Shown here: positions 22,201-38,300 of the stretch, in pieces
Layout of the letters: each line of letters opens with the position of its first letter
Numbering within the stretch: position 1 is the first letter of the stretch
Source of the DNA: Auanema rhodensis
Lineage: Eukaryota; Animalia; Nematoda
Direction: 5' to 3'
Assembly (NCBI GenBank): GCA_964057225.1
Contig: OZ059899.1
Span: 8,246,001 to 8,310,000 of the forward strand
DNA length: 64,000 nucleotides
Position numbers and translations under genes: made by a program
The notes under the pieces: generated by a model
Told to the model about the DNA's origin: nothing
What the model saw: the letters and a program-made list of their open reading frames with translations, nothing else
Database searches by the model: none

Positions 22201-25200
22201 GTTAGAGGTAGAGCGAAGGATGGAGAAAAATAGAAACTATGCTCTCTATCCCGCTGCCGTCGCCCCATACCTATAGGAATGATACCTTATGCATGGGTGT
22301 TAATTCATCGATAACGACAATAAAATAACATAGAAACGTTTGAAAAGGATATATATATATATATAAATGTATAATGCAAACTAAAGATTATGAGGTACGC
22401 ACTATCGATGACTCCTCCCAAAGTCATCAGCAGTCACCCACGGAAAGCAAGCATTCTAGTTTAACTGTCTCTCTTCAATCGTCATTTGATCGGTAAACAG
22501 ACGCGATCGCAACTAATGAATCTTTTGCTCGAGATATGTTAAAGAATAATCATAAGTCAAAATTTCAATTATAGAAGTTCGCATTAACATCAAAAGAAAA
22601 TTAATTAGACGTTAGAAATTCAAACGATAGAATCTTCATAATCAGAACGGATAATAACATCATATGATAATATCTGTTAAGAAAAAGATGTATATAATCC
22701 TAAAAGTAGAGCAAATCAAGCAAACCATTACTAAATCAAAACGTTTTCCCGTCAACATGTGTTAAATCAAGTAGTTATCTTTCGATAAAGACTAAGATAA
22801 CACATTAGGTGATGTTACGACATATTGAATATTAGGGAAATTGTCAGAAAACAGAAATTAATTTTCAAGAATGCATTGAAGGAAAAACAGTTTTTAATTT
22901 ACGGTTCGAAAAATCAGTTCAATCAAATGCTAATGAAAATTGAAGAAGTCACGAAGAATATAAAAAAATTGGGTAAATGATGAAAGTATCAAGGAATTCC
23001 GAAAGTGCATAGTAAATATCATTTGAAGAAAAAGCCAAACGGTTCGAAATAGAAAACGTTATCAAGGGGGTTAGAAGCCAAGTTCTGAGAAGTCAGAAAC
23101 AACGAGCGACCCATATTTCATTTAAAATCGCCGATTTTATATCACGTTTAAGATAAGCATTCCTGTGAATGTTAGGCTAAACAACACTAACACTTCTGGA
23201 GTGAACCAGCTTTGAAATCTATAGTATTAGGCATGCCACCTTCTGGCTGTCACTGGGCTCGTCCTTGATTGTGGTACGCAACAGTAGCAAACCACAACTG
23301 TTGAAATCATTTCATTACCCCAGCCTTACTATGTTTCTCTCCATCTCCACCTCTAATACCGACTATAAATTGAACCTAAGTGCGCTTCTGAACCTTTGCT
23401 GTCTCCCATTTTCACTATCTCAGGGTCATTGTAATTAAAAAGAAGGTGGAGGAAAAAACCTCTCGCCAAACCATGCAATGACCGTCAGTATTAAAATATA
23501 AGGTGAAATCTGGTTGGTCTAAACAGTGCCCCCCGGTGACCAAATCTATTTGATTATTGGGTAAACACCCCATTATTCTAAACAAAAAAATGGAGAACTA
23601 ACCATCGTTCAACGGGATGTCTACTAGTAAGTTGGTCAATTCCAATCATTACATATCCAATCAATTGTGAACGATCTTTCTTTTTCTTTGGATCAGCTTC
23701 TCTATATATATTCACACATAGTTGCTCATATTTCGGAAGCATTCTGAATAAAATGAATTATTTACCATAATTGAACGGAAACTTACGGAAAATCAAAATG
23801 CTCTCCCCAAAATACGTTATCTGTTCTAGGTTTAGCTGTGGTTCGTGCATGCAATACCTTGTCAAGACATATTTCACAAAAATATCTGAATAATATCTCA
23901 TTATATTAGACTTAGAAATTACGAATACTGACCTTCGCTTAGCTGCTAATCCTTTTGCTTCTAATAGCCAAAGCTGCAAACAATTTTCTACTCTCCGCTG
24001 CAGATCTTGCCGCGGATTCATTGTCCTCCGAAGGCTGAAATAAAAAAGATGCTGAATTGAAAAAGTCAGAAATAGATTTCTTGTATTGATGAAAAGTAGG
24101 TATCAAAAAACAATGAAAATAGAGGCGATGTAAGTATGAAAAGTATACCGAAAATAAGAGAAGTGAGGTGAACCAGGTCATGGAACATAACATATGGGAA
24201 GGATAGTAAAAATTATTTTCGTGTATAAAAATAATTTGTTTCGATTGGTGACAATTGGAAAGACGAGCAAGAACTTTCATAATGGAACATCAAAAAACAA
24301 AATTCCAGATCTAATATAGTGCAATGAGAAGAACAATTACTTATGAAATCGATAGTTACGAAGAACAGAGGATCAAACAGAAAGTAATATCGGTCCTCAT
24401 AAGAAAAAATACTAAAATTAACTCTTCAATATTGCAGAGCAACATAATTAGATAATAGATGCAGAGAATAACAGTTTGCTAACAGCTGCTCAATGATCAT
24501 GTAGTATTGGCTCAGTATAAACCTCTATATGTATGTGAGATTGATGTGGCAAAACTAAACCTATGGAAGACAGGTGCACACAGCTGACCGGACGGACCAA
24601 CATAACAGATCACAAAAGGAAATAGCATATGCATACAGGGGTTACCGCTTTCTGTTAGATCCAATGCCACCGGTTTAGGACGTTGGCAACAACAAATAAT
24701 GGCCAAACCATTAATTTGCTTTACTTTACAAATAAGTCGCTCGATTTTGAGGGAAAAGGAGAGCAAGATAAAATAAAAATTAGATTAAGAGAATGGGCTC
24801 TCTAAGGCTTAATTATAGATGAGCAAGAAATAATTAAGATAACTCGATATAGAACTTATTTCATTTCATTTGGCACATAGTGTTTTGAAGAAAACGAGAG
24901 GAAACAGAAATCATGTTTCATGAGGTATTGATAACAAAAAATGAAACTAGTATTGAAAGTTCACAAGACAATTTCGCCGAAATCATCAAAGAAATGCGGA
25001 AATGTGAAAAGGGGAGAGTTATTCAAAAGAAAGTCTGCAGATTATTTGTAAAACTATAACCTATTTCAAATAAATAACGAGGGTAGTACAAAACTATAAG
25101 AAAAACTATGAAGTCATTCTCTGACGTAGACGGCAAACAAAGAGCTTCAGGGAAAGCTACAAACAGCATAGACAAAACTTGGTCGAACTATACAAGCAAG

Positions 25201-26348
25201 AACAAATAGGAAATAGTCTTGTAAATATGTATTTTCTCATAAATCTGTTATTCCATTAACGTGCTCGTACGGGAGCGCGAGAAAAAAAAGCTAATATTTC
25301 ATAAAAAGAGCATTCTTCACAATAGCGATAAGGAAGATCAAAGCAGATGGTTAATGTTCAGAAACCAGGTGACAAATACATCACTTTTGACGTAAAACAA
25401 GCACCGTCGCAAAACATCAGAAGGTTAGTTTGAAAATGTTGTGCCTCGGTAGCATTAAAAGACTAAGAAATACAGATTAGCAGAAAAATAATTCTACAGT
25501 TACAATTTAAATAATGATTGATTTGTGCTGTGGAGCTACATATAAGAGTAAGGGAAAGCTTCGCTATGCTTATAAATAATAAACCTACTGATAACTACAA
25601 GAGTAAGGCATGAGATGGAATTAACTCAATGTTACAAGCACATAACAAGGAGAAATAAAAATTATTTTTGTGTTGTTCACATTGACATCAAAACAATGAA
25701 AAGGTAAGAGGCTAAGAGTGGAATAACTCAGTTCTTGCTCTAAGAAGACCGCGTGGGCTACGTTAAACATTTGTACTACTGTATTATATTTGAATAGAAG
25801 CAACGTGTTGTGCGATAATGCACAAATAAATATGAGAGAAAGTCTAAAGCCATTTCCATCTCTAATTAGTAATAACAGTGTGATAAACGATAGACTAAGA
25901 AAAGTGGATTTCATACAAGATATGTCCAAAATTGTTGAAGATCTCTCAATGTTCAGCCTTGAAAGAAAATAAAAATCTGACAACAATAGAGATTGAAAGA
26001 AATTAGACGATTGAACTACAATTGACAGAAGAAGAGTCACATTGAATAGGATACATTAGAACAACTCTCATACAGAGTAAAAGATGTATTAACAAGAAAA
26101 AAGCTCTATCTATTTTTTTAATCCGAAATCAATCGTGTAGAAAACGAATAGAACGAGTCAGAGGAAATTGGTTTGAACTGGCTCTCAGTGCAAATCAAAC
26201 GAGACAGTTTACCTCCGAAATTTGATAAGGCGGATCAGGCGCAGCATGCCATAAGTCTTAAAGGAGGCCGAAAAAGTGAACGTATATAACAGAGCTGCTA
26301 TTTGAACCGGTTATTGACGAGAAAATATCATATAAAGCAGAGAGGTCA

Positions 26349-26388
<40 letters not shown>

Positions 26389-29300
26389 TCCAGAAACAAT
26401 TGAACGATAACAGATAAAAACAAAAAAAAAACGTTGGTACGGTACTATGTATATGAAACCAAAAAACACGAGCATATGTGATCTGTGTGAGAAATATGAA
26501 AGTATGAAAGAGACAAGGTCACTAACATTGAATCGCTCTTTCGTTATGTGAAGAACAGGATGAGCGATTGAAGAATAGCCAGAAAAGGCAACCCTTATGC
26601 TCTTGACCTGCAGATTAGTAACTGCGCACCGTAGAGATGTGCCAACTAGGCCAAACATAAAGCGAAATATGACTTTCAGGACACAAACAGAAGCAAATAA
26701 ATAATATCTCAAATTTTTCTTACTAAAAATAAGCAATCGATAAGTTTAAGTTCACCATGATGAGGGTGAAGTTTAGCAACAGAGTCAAAAAAATATAATG
26801 TAATATGATACTGTTGATAAACCCACATCTTCATAAGTACCCTAGAGGAAATATATAACAACTGGGTAGAACTGAGGGAATGAAAGAATGGATAAATCAT
26901 CTTTCCCAGTTTTGGAAAACAAATGGAAATAATATGAATCAGATTCTTTAAGAGTAATCTGTAATAAAAGGCGTATGAAACACGAAGAATATGAAAATAG
27001 AGAAAAGAGTGAATGAAAAATAGTGCACACCGTTTATGTGAACAACAAATCTCTGAATCATTCCTAAAAAAAAATGAACCCAAAATCCTTATGGGAAGTC
27101 TAGAGAAAATCCGCTTCAGTTACCACATATTGTGTTACACTTATTCTAATATTATCGAATGTAAGACTATATGCAATATTTCAATCTAATAAATACAAAA
27201 AAACATAACTGATCATCCACAATAAATCACTAAATACTTCTAACTTTTTTTCGTAAAAACATAAAATAGCTTTCTTGGATGCTACGCACATTTTGAAATA
27301 AATTAGCATAAATTTGCTTTATTAGTCTTACTATCTAGCTTGGCAAAGCTATAAAACGAAGTTTGAATGCCGAAAAGCAGAAAAAAGAGATAGGGAAAGA
27401 CAGATGTGGTTAGCATAAATCACTGTATGCTTTTGTTAATTGGTACGTCTTGTTCAATTTAGCATAAGGCAAGTTTCTAACTTCAAATACAACATTCACT
27501 GCCAAGAAAACCTAGAGTAATAGAAAAGCACGAACAGATGCAAATGGTTATGAGAAGAACTATTGAATGAAGCAACAAAACAATTCCTTAGAACTTTTAC
27601 AAAGATTATTAAACAGTAAAGAAATTGCCAAAATATCGTTTGAGAATAAGTTTAGTTCGACACGACGTTGTTAGATACATCTTCTATCATATTCAAACGA
27701 AAGAGAAGCGATCAAGGTCAGATTTTACATAACACTTTTGAGCTAGAAGCCAAGGAAAGATTTTATCTCATCTTCACCGTCCTGTTTCAGGCCTTTCTAT
27801 GAATTTTGAATAACTAATTACGAAATGCCAAGGACTACAAAGAGGAAATCAAATAAGCCAGAATACATAGGAAAAGAGAAAAAGAGATTGTAGTTAATGA
27901 AAACTTCAAACTTTAAAAAGCAATCTCAATATCAGGAGTCAAATATATCTAAATATATGTAGGAATATAGTAAGTTGCAATACAAGAGAAATACGACAAA
28001 TTTGCGATCAAGCGATTAAAGTTCACGAGAGCAGAGAATTCACTAAGCCTATAAGTAAAAAACGGAACGAAATGATCATTCTCGCATTTTGATAATTGTG
28101 ATATTTTATATGAGAATAGATTACATGACGGTAGTTATTGCCATGTTATGTCCACCATACAACACTCATTAACCGGAGGGGAGCGTTGGTTGGCCCGTTG
28201 TCCAATTGTTCAATCAATACTCAACGGGTCAACAAGGACAAACCTCACACAGATCTATAGGTAATGTCGATTTAACTTAAATAACGGAGATGCAACTTAA
28301 TTCATTACAACTTACAATCCAAAAAAATGGCTCAATAAGATGGCAACACTAGAAACTAACTTCGTCAAACGTCTTTGTGAGCAAAGAAACCGATGTGCCA
28401 TTTGTCTCATTTTATGTCCAATAAAACATCCCACGCCTGGTCAATCAGCTTACAAATTATTCAATTTGTTAAACAATCTGTTACGATATGAAAAATGATG
28501 GCAAAGAAATAAGCGGCAGAAATTATCACACTTTTAAGGTTTCCAACTGAAGTGGTTGAATGATTGAAACCTCGAAAATATGGAATAACAATAATGTTAA
28601 GATAAGAAATATACACAAAAAGCATAGAAGGCATAAGAGAAAGTGAAGAAAATATCTAACAAATCGAAAAAAGTTTAAAGTAAAACAAATAAAGCATCTA
28701 AGTCTGTTTTGAAATGATCGACTATGCTTTGTTACTTGAATTGGGAATGTCAGAAGAAAACGCCCATTTACATCATCTACCTAATAGCAATGAAGAAGAA
28801 AGGGGAATTGAAAGATGGGACGAGTAAGAATGAAGTTTTCTTTTCATATAACGAAGCGAATGGGTTCGAAAGAGGAAAAGAAATTAAACGAAAGTAAAAG
28901 ATTTAAAAGAACAACTTACTTCTCTATCCATTTTGCTTGTTCGGCTGGAGTGCGACAAGCATAATATGTATTTGCAACACGGAAACAATTTGGTACTGAA
29001 AGAACAGACGGGTGAACAGGATGTAATCTAGGATTTTCGTCTGGAAATAGGGCCGTAAATATTAGTCAATCAAAACTTCATTTACTGAGATCAATCATAT
29101 GAGAAGCTGTAGTGAAATTCAAAAGACTTTCATGAGATTTACTTGAGCGTAGTGATGGTAAAAAATCACGAGATTGTGAACTGTAATTGCGAGAACCATA
29201 TCCAACAGATAATAAATTTTCCTGTGATCGTTGGTGTGGAATATCAACTCTATTAAGTGTGCTGAAAAAAAATATAAACTTCTGAATACCAAATCTCTGA

Positions 29301-32300
29301 GAAAAAGTTGAATTTAACTTCATCACCGTAACTGTAATTATCAATTCATCGCTGACTTTCATAAATCACGATCAGGATAAATAAAGAACCCATTTTCTTA
29401 CCATTCATCGTCAGAGTTTATTGTGTAAGTTCCACAGAGGATCCTCATACGAAACATTTAAGAAGAAAGATCTATTCCAAGCAATTACCCCCCTTCCTAT
29501 CTAAAAATTCCACTTCAACATATTAGCAAGCATCATGAATTCATAAGACTTAATTATCTAATAAGATTGAGCTTAAGGAACTTAATACACAACTGAAAAA
29601 AAGCCAACTGAGCGTTTAGTGTCAGTGTAAATTCAGTTATGACGAGAGACGGAGATGTCTATTGCTCGTTTCTGGTTGGAGAGAAAAGAGAGAAAAGCGA
29701 TACATAGAAAGGAAAAGATCTATCTTCTGCTTTCAACTAGAAATGATTGAACAATATTTAAAAATTTTGCGCAGTTAAATTCAATTTGGTGCCAGCAAAA
29801 TTCTGAAAACTATTTTTTGCATAAGCATACATCAAATCCTCAACCAGTAGAAGCGTAGAATAAAACAGAACAGCCTACTACATATCAATAAAGAAAAAAG
29901 AATTAATACCACTGGGTAAAATGCTTGATTGAAACTAGTATTCAATCAACTTAACTAAGGCATTTCTTATCAATAATTTGAAAAAAGTATCAGATGGTTA
30001 TATGAAAAGAAAAAGAAATTTGGAAAGAGATGCTGAAAACGAATGGCTGCGAGGCCATCGTTTCGCCATAGAGGATAGAGGGATAGTCCAGTTTCGTTCA
30101 GGATAATGGGCACATAGCTATCCATCCTCGTTGACTCAATACTTTTAGGGCTGGATGATGGATAAGACCTCTTTCTTCCATTCTATTCGGCTTTGTCTCC
30201 TGCTACTGTATTACGGAGCGCTGTTGATGCCCTGGCCAGAATAGAGCGATTGTAATGTAGGCAACAAAGTCATCGTTAAATTATCCCCAAAACAAAAAAG
30301 GGAATTATGTTTAATCTCAAAATGAGCCAAGTAAGTTCAATTGACCCACTCACAGAATAACCTAGTTAAAAGACAATCATATGTCATCAACACGCAAATT
30401 ATTTTCCAGAATTTCATAACGAAGTAACATGCAAAACCTCAAAAGCGCATTGAGAATCCATGCTTTCAAATCCCACAGCAGGGAAACTATTAAAAACCGG
30501 CTGACAAGAAAAAGAAATGAAGAAACAAGTTCATAGTAAGATGTTGTCGTCAGGGTCAAGAAAAAGTGGGATGATTTGGTGTTTTGAATAGCTTACCGTT
30601 TTGATTTGTAAACAATGCGACCCCTGACCAGCCGGGGATTTGCAACACCCCGAGGAGGTGAGAGAGTACGCATTCAGTCCCTCTGAAGCACGAATTTTAC
30701 CTATGATGGTAAAAAGTTGGAACAAATTGAAGAATAAACGAAATACAAAGTAATGAAATGAACGTTGCTATAAACATTAGAAAACAAAACTTTTACTTAT
30801 TAACTACAAGCTTAAAGTATTTTATGAGATAAAAAAATTAAATGAGAAAATGAAAACAGAAAACATCAAACACACAAGTTTTCTAATTGCAATACAAACG
30901 ACACTTTTGGGTCAATTTTGATATGCATGATGATGTAGAGATAAAGACCGGTATAACGATAAAGGATAAGAGCGTGATTTGAACTATGGATAACTATATA
31001 CAGAAAGTGGAAATGACGAGAATGGCCGACTTCAATTAAACGATCTGAAGTTATCAGCCTTGCGCCCTCAAAGCAGCCAAAGTAAATTCATAAATTAAAA
31101 ATTTTGAACTAAGAAGCTGTAGAATAATTGATAAATAAAGTGCGCGCAGGGCAATATACTAAGGAATGTATAGGTAGGTGTGGAATGAAATAAAATCTTA
31201 ATGAGCCTAATAACAATCAAAAAAATTGAACAGAAGAACAAGGAAGCATAAATATATTAAACAGAGAATATTAATGTTTTTTTCTTTGGTTGCGGGCTTG
31301 ATCAGACAAAACTTATGCTCTTTTCAAAAAAGATAATGGCAAAGCGACGTCTTCTAATGTGTAATAGAAGAGTGATTTCTCAGCAAAAGCGACAAATGTT
31401 ACTGCCGACTCCAGATTTATGGCATATCTAAGAAAATAAACGGTTGTCCCAGACATGTGCAGATAAGATATAGAGCCTGCTATGCTTGAGGTATCACAGA
31501 CGTATCTGATTCAATGGCAAATCATAAATTAGCTAGTAAAATTCAAATAAAGCGAACTAAACAAAAGAAGGAAAAAAACTTCAAAAAGTCAATCAAAGAT
31601 CATTTACAAGTTTAGCGATTTTAAATGTTAGCCACAACTTTTTGAAAATAATTCTTAAGAGCTTTTGCAATATTGCATTTCAAATCGATACAAATCTTAA
31701 TCCAAAGAAATATAACATCGTGGATGAGAAAATAGGTACGTAGATCATACTGTACAAAAAACTTGTTAATCGAATTTGAGGAAAACCTCACAAGGTTCAG
31801 TTGAGATGGAAGATAGATTGAAACAGTTTTAATTGAATATATTATGTTCAACTGCTGATATATTATGCCATTGACACAATTTATGAAAACCGGTACATAG
31901 GGAATTCGCCTAAAGAGCAAATCTCAGATAATAATCTACTCGTTCTGCAACTTTTAGCCACTTTCACTGGCACTAAGTCCGATACATGCGGATGTATCAG
32001 ATGAAGTGAACACAGTAATCGATCAAGTACGATAAAGAGATAATATATCTTGTATATGATTATAAACATACGAACTTAGTATGATCAGTAATATATGAAT
32101 TTAAATATTGAAATGAGAAAAGTCCAATAACGATGCGTAATTGTCTCTAATCAAGATTTCATCTAATGTAGACCCAACCCCCCGCAGTTACGGCGATGTC
32201 ACTTCATTACAAAATGAAGTTATGTGAAGTAATTGGTTTGAAACTTTAAAACATAAATCTAAAGACACTAACTATTGCAATTCTCCAGAAACTGATGGTT

Positions 32301-35300
32301 GCTTTTCCAGCTTGCTGACACTCTTCGTCCTCTTCAGAGGATTCGTGCGGAAAGGACGCGCGAAGAAGTTCTTAAAATATTATGAATATTATAATAAAAA
32401 GCAAGTTAGTTGAGAAAAATGATTAAAAATTTACCGCTAATCGCTGGGGAGTAGTGGAATTTTCATCTGGAAGTGAGTTTTCCTGAAAAACAATTCGCAT
32501 CATCAGTTGCAAGAAATGGTCGGAAAATAGCCAGAAGAAAGGTGATGTTTCATTATAAAACAAAATCAATAGAAAAAAATATATATTGTAAATCGCTGTG
32601 ATCATAAAAGTTCCATGAAAACTATTCATAGTAGATATAAATAAAAATATTTTAATCATAGTCTACTAATGCTCTCTAACAGGTTTCGTAAATGTTAAAC
32701 ATTAATTGTTCCTTTTTTTGTCTGTGTATTGTAAAAATGCCCTTCTCTCAAAATGCGAATAAACATTTTTAAACCAATAGTCTCGATATGATAAATTCGT
32801 ATAGAGTCCATGGAGACATCATTCGAATTTTAGTTTTCCTGGACCTATTTGGATATGATAAATACATAACTAGGCGATGAATAATATATTCAAATATGTC
32901 GTCGTCAATTAGAAATGAAGAAATATAAGTCATTATGAGTGATAGAACGAGGATAATCATAGAACATAAGATAAACCCGCAAGATGATGATAAATTGAAA
33001 GAGAAGGAATAGGTGAGAGATTAAGTGAACAACATACCCCTAAGGCATTAGTTTGCGCTGAATTCAGATTGCTAGTAGATCCAGATGAGCCCCGTGGAGC
33101 TAAATGTAGATTGTGGGCTGAACTAGCAAGTGATCTGTTCGAAGTCCAACCATTGCCTCTACGTCTGTCCAAAGGCTCACATACATCATCGTTAGTAGTA
33201 TCTGAAAGAAAATTATATGAAAAATCAAGAATAATATTATAATATAAGTAGTGATGATTCATATCATTTTTATTTGTATTTTGTTATTTTAAGTAAATGA
33301 ATAGATAAAGCTCTTAGAGCTTAAACACTTACTAATTAACCGTAATAAAACTAATTGTTGCATTTGGACTAGACTGAGCATTTGGTTGAGTAGATAAGTT
33401 TTGAAGAATAATTATCAGTATAATCTTTGAAAGCTCAAAATCTGATTATACTGTCAGCAACTCTTAAGAGCAAATTCAATTTTGCCATTTTAGGCGTAAT
33501 ACTTAATATTACCCCATTATAATATATAAATTATAACTACATCGTATGTTTTAACAATATTATCAACTATATAGTATAATTAGCTAAAATACTTTTTTTT
33601 CATCAATTTTTCTAAAAATTTGAACAGACAATATAGAAAACAAATGAAGTAATTATCAAATTCTTTCATTGACATGATAAGTTAGCATCAACTAAAGTCA
33701 AACAGCATATGTAGCATATCAATATGATAGAATTGATTCATAATCGCCCTTTTATATATTTTTTTTTGTTTCTATTGATCTTATTCTTCGTTCCTTATTT
33801 AACATTCTATTTTTTAAATCCTAGATTTCACCGTTTGATAAGTGCTACTGGACAGTGATCCACAAAAGAAAAATGCTGTTATAGTCACGTGATCAATTTC
33901 TGTTTCATTTCGTTTGACCAGTTTTCATTTATTTAAGTAATGTTATTTCTCAAAATTATAAAATAATGATATGAGTAAAGTGATAATTAAGATTTAAAAA
34001 TTACATTGATTGACTTGTACTAATAGTAATATTCTCACATCTATTTGCAAAAGTAATCGTCTGTCTGATCTTCGTTCCGCTTATTCAATCACATTTTAGG
34101 AAGGGAGCAATTGGATTGTCTGATTGCTTTGCTTTTATATTTGAAGTAAACATGCTGGCCCCGGTACACAGGGGACAGGTTAATGTTGTACGAGAAATAA
34201 GTGATAGTAATCAAAGATTGAGTGAGCATAGTGCTCCTTAAATGTCCTTAAATGTGGGATTTGCAGATTCGTATTGTTTTTTTAAACAAAAAAAAATGGT
34301 GTTAGGGTGAGAGAACTGCTCCCTCAGAACGACGAAAACGTCGGAGAGCATAGATGCAAACGTTGTCATCGTGTTGGTGAAAAGCAGACAAGAAAACAGT
34401 CGTCTGACCACTCGAGAAGAAGCTGTTGCACGACGATCTTGTGTTGGCGAGCTATCTACCAACTCGCTTCGACATATATTGAGGAAGATGTCCGAGAGGA
34501 CCGGAACGAAAGTCTATTGTATACTTAGAAAATAAATGTTTATCTGACGGACTGTTCAATCAGATATGCTTCATCCCGTCTTCAAAAATTCCATGAAATT
34601 CATGAAATCAACATGAATTTTATCAAAACACTAGATAAAGACACTTATCTTGCAGACTATGCGACTAGATAATGCTTGATTATAAAAATGCTCTTCAAAC
34701 TAATCAGATTTTCATCAACTGACAATATGAACTGTGTGTTTACATTCCATTAGAATTTTTTTGATATATCGACAGTATGAAGTCCAGTTTTGAAGAAAAA
34801 ATTAATGATCATTATCGTTAATCATCATTAACTACAATCAAGCAGGCAACAGCTTCAAGCTATTCAATTGGAGGACATTTCATTTTGAAAAGCTATAGAT
34901 ATGGCTAGAAGAAAGAAAAGAACGCTTGGGTGAGACCGTCTATCATTTTATTATCAGCATCATCAACACCTATGTGCTTCATCAGACTTTGTTTCAAGTG
35001 ATAAAACTGGTGATCATACTGGAAGACAAGAACTGTTTATATTCTGCTTAGATAATTTAGATTCACAATATGGATATCAACCTCACACTGTGTCAGATTT
35101 ATACCATTCGATCTCACAGTTTATATTATAATTCTGATGAAATTTCGTTACGATTTAGAATAATCTGACGATCGTGCAGACAAATAACAAGAAAACTGAA
35201 CAAATCTCATGATTCTCAATCACAATTCCTCTTATCCGATGAATTGTCATCAGGATGCTCAAGGGCCATGAGAAAAAAATCATCGGTATTCTGCTAGATG

Positions 35301-38300
35301 ATTATGATGATGATGATGTAGCAGTATTCAGGGTCATATAGGGTGAACGAGGAGGAGGAGGAAGAGGAGGAGGAAGAGGAGAAGGATTAGGAGAAAGAAA
35401 AGAAAATTATAAATGATCAGACAAAGATTAGGATAGTGAACCTCTGAAAGCGTCACTGTTCTTTTATTCAATCTTTCATCAACCCCGTTCTTCCTTAATT
35501 CAGTAGAATAAAAAAAATTCAAATCTGAATTTTAAAAAAATAAAAAATAGCAGGCACGTTTCGATAAAGCCGACATCATCATGTCAATTTCGTTTCACTT
35601 TTTTTCATATGTCTCCGCCTAATAAAGATTTAAGAAAAGATGTAAGAAAACGGCGAACTAGCTCTATTAACTGTACACGTACGAAAAGAAAAAAAGTAAG
35701 AAAGAGATACGTCGCAGAGAACAAAAGCAAAAAATCGGCATGAGGAGAAAAGAACAGCCTATTTAGGTTCAATGTTTTTCTTACAGTTTACTTAGGAAAA
35801 AGTACTGTTTCCTTGTTCTTTGTTCAATTATCTGGACCATATATTAACGGATAGTTGTCAGAAATAAACAGTACAAGGCAATATTTTATCTCTATTAATA
35901 ACGTTGAGTCTATAAGAAGGTTATAATGACGAATAAGAGACGAGAGAAAAGGGTAGTAAAAGAGAGGAAAAGGAAAAAAAACAAGAAAACATAAGAGAAT
36001 CAGAGAAATTAGAATGATGATTGGGATAGCCTTCTTTAGATTATTATCTAATAGGTAAGCATCAGAATGGCATTTATAACCAACAATCTTCGTGACAATC
36101 TATTGATTACCGGGAAATGAGTTTGATTCTGTATGCCCATTAAGGAATATAAATTAAGTTTCTTGTTAAACAACATTTCCTTTCATCTCTAAATGTATAT
36201 AATACAGTCTGTTGATGATGTTAAGCTAAGCATACAAAATGAATCAATGTCAACAATCTGTGGAAATGTTAACTAGCTTACACAAGTTAAAGACTTAATC
36301 TTATGTACTTAATTTCATACGTAGTCAATAATTGGATTATATGTTTTCTTTTAACAATTTAGTTGTTACATCAAAATAATTTGACCTTTTCGGCTTTATT
36401 TTGAATATCAAAACATTACTGATAAGACCTCGTCTCCATAGATGATTCAGAAAATAAACACATGTATGCTGAATGACCTATCAAAAGTAGTAAAAAAATC
36501 TGATATATTCTATCAGAATAATGCATAAAGATATGTGTCCCCCCCCAAAAAAAAATAACACAGCAATCTATTGTAAAAAAATATAAAAAGAAAGTCAAAT
36601 GCAAGAAAAAAAGCAAATAATGAAATAAATCATAATGTAAAGATAGAACTATTGGATTACCTTTCTCAACAGATTAAGGTAAATTTAAAAAAAAAAGAAT
36701 CAAATGAAACGAATTCATGAAATTCAAGTCCATATCTAGATTCTAGGTATTGTTACATTTTTTTTACAAAAAAATCAGATTTCTTTCGTGATGTACCGCC
36801 ATATATGAAATCGATGATGACTAAAACTAACCTAATTCATAATCAATCGGTGGAATGTGTTCTTCTGGAATAATATTCAAAGAATATGTGCTATAGTGAT
36901 GCCACTTGGGACCAGAAGCTGGTGTAGTTCGGCGCATCGTTTGATATACTCTTTATACGCGACTGCCAGACCAAGTCAAATCACAAATAAATATAGTGGG
37001 AGGAGAGATTTGAGATGTACAATCTTTCCTTTTAGCTTTGCTTATTGCAAAATAAGCAACAACTTTGAGAATATATAGTTAGATGAACTAATAGTATAGA
37101 AAAATAAAATCAGTCAGTATTAGTCTAATTGTATAATAGAAGAGTGAATGTTCAGCAAGTAAAGCTCAATAATGAATATATCGATGATTCACTGTTCAGA
37201 GGCCGCAGGCTTGAAGTGCGACCGTAGATAGCGACGGATGATCTTGTACAAAGTGAACACAGACGCTACACTGCCTGCAAGATTTAGATGACCAACTAGC
37301 TTGGTTTAGGCTGGATAATCCGAAGTAGTACAGAAGGCCTTATGAGGCTCGAAACTGAAGTCAGGTCGCTTGTCGTTGCCTGTCCTGTAAGCCTAACGAC
37401 AACGGAAACAAGCCCTGAGCAGACAATATGCAGAACGTGATCGTCGTTGTTCTCGTTGTGAATAGATTCTAGTGTCCGATGCGTTAAAAGTGATTTGAAT
37501 AGATAACTAAGTCAAAATTTAGTAGATACGAAGAAGTTTTTCAAATCAGATTTTATATGCGATCGTCGCTGGCTAGCGTTGACAGAAGTGGGAAAATTGG
37601 AGTTAACGAACAACTCGAGACAGGCTAGTAGCAGATCTTCAGATGATCAGCCGACGATCAAGAGCTGACACCGTCTTGGCCGGTTGCTGCTATGGCTGGC
37701 CGTTCGCTCGTCCGTGGTCAGTAGGTCTCCGCCCGCCTGCCGCGCTCTTCGCGTCCGAGGTCGTGCAGCGGCGAATGCGACAACCCAGTGAGAAGTTGCG
37801 GACAGCCCATGAGGCTGTAATATGTGTGTGTGAGAAGGTAGTGATCATGGATGAATGTGATAATAATTATTTCGTGAATGCCTCGGTTTTCAATCTTTTC
37901 ACTTTTCCATCCCAATATCGCGGACTTCACACCTCGTCACAGTTCGTCATATTCCTGCTACCCCCGCAGAATGTGAATATATATATTTCTATTTTACTTT
38001 GCACTCTGCTTGGTATTCCGCTCCTACGCTTACTTCCGTTACTCAGAACCGCAACAGCGTAACTATAATAAAAAATGAAGCAAGATAAAAGGGAAAACAG
38101 AGACAGAAGATGAGAGAGAAAGTAGACAGCGAAATATGAGGGGAAACAGAAGAAATATTACAATTCAATTTATCATCATATTCTTTTGTTTCAATTATTT
38201 AATCAAGCGTATATGGATAAAATGAAAGTTTGTTCACCAACTATCTAATATAATGCATTCAAATGCCAATAACTATGCTATTATGATTAATTAAAAAAAA

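Noticed and set aside
34238-34528. Moderately GC-rich patch as a further alternative exon
   Set aside because: No ATG-to-donor frame in phase 1 with a convincing splice site was found.
37336-37370. Hammerhead-like string CTTATGA-GGCTC-GAAA-CTGAAGTCAG-GTC
   Set aside because: The essential core G (CUGANGA) is replaced by U and the stems are minimal or bulged, so it is probably chance.
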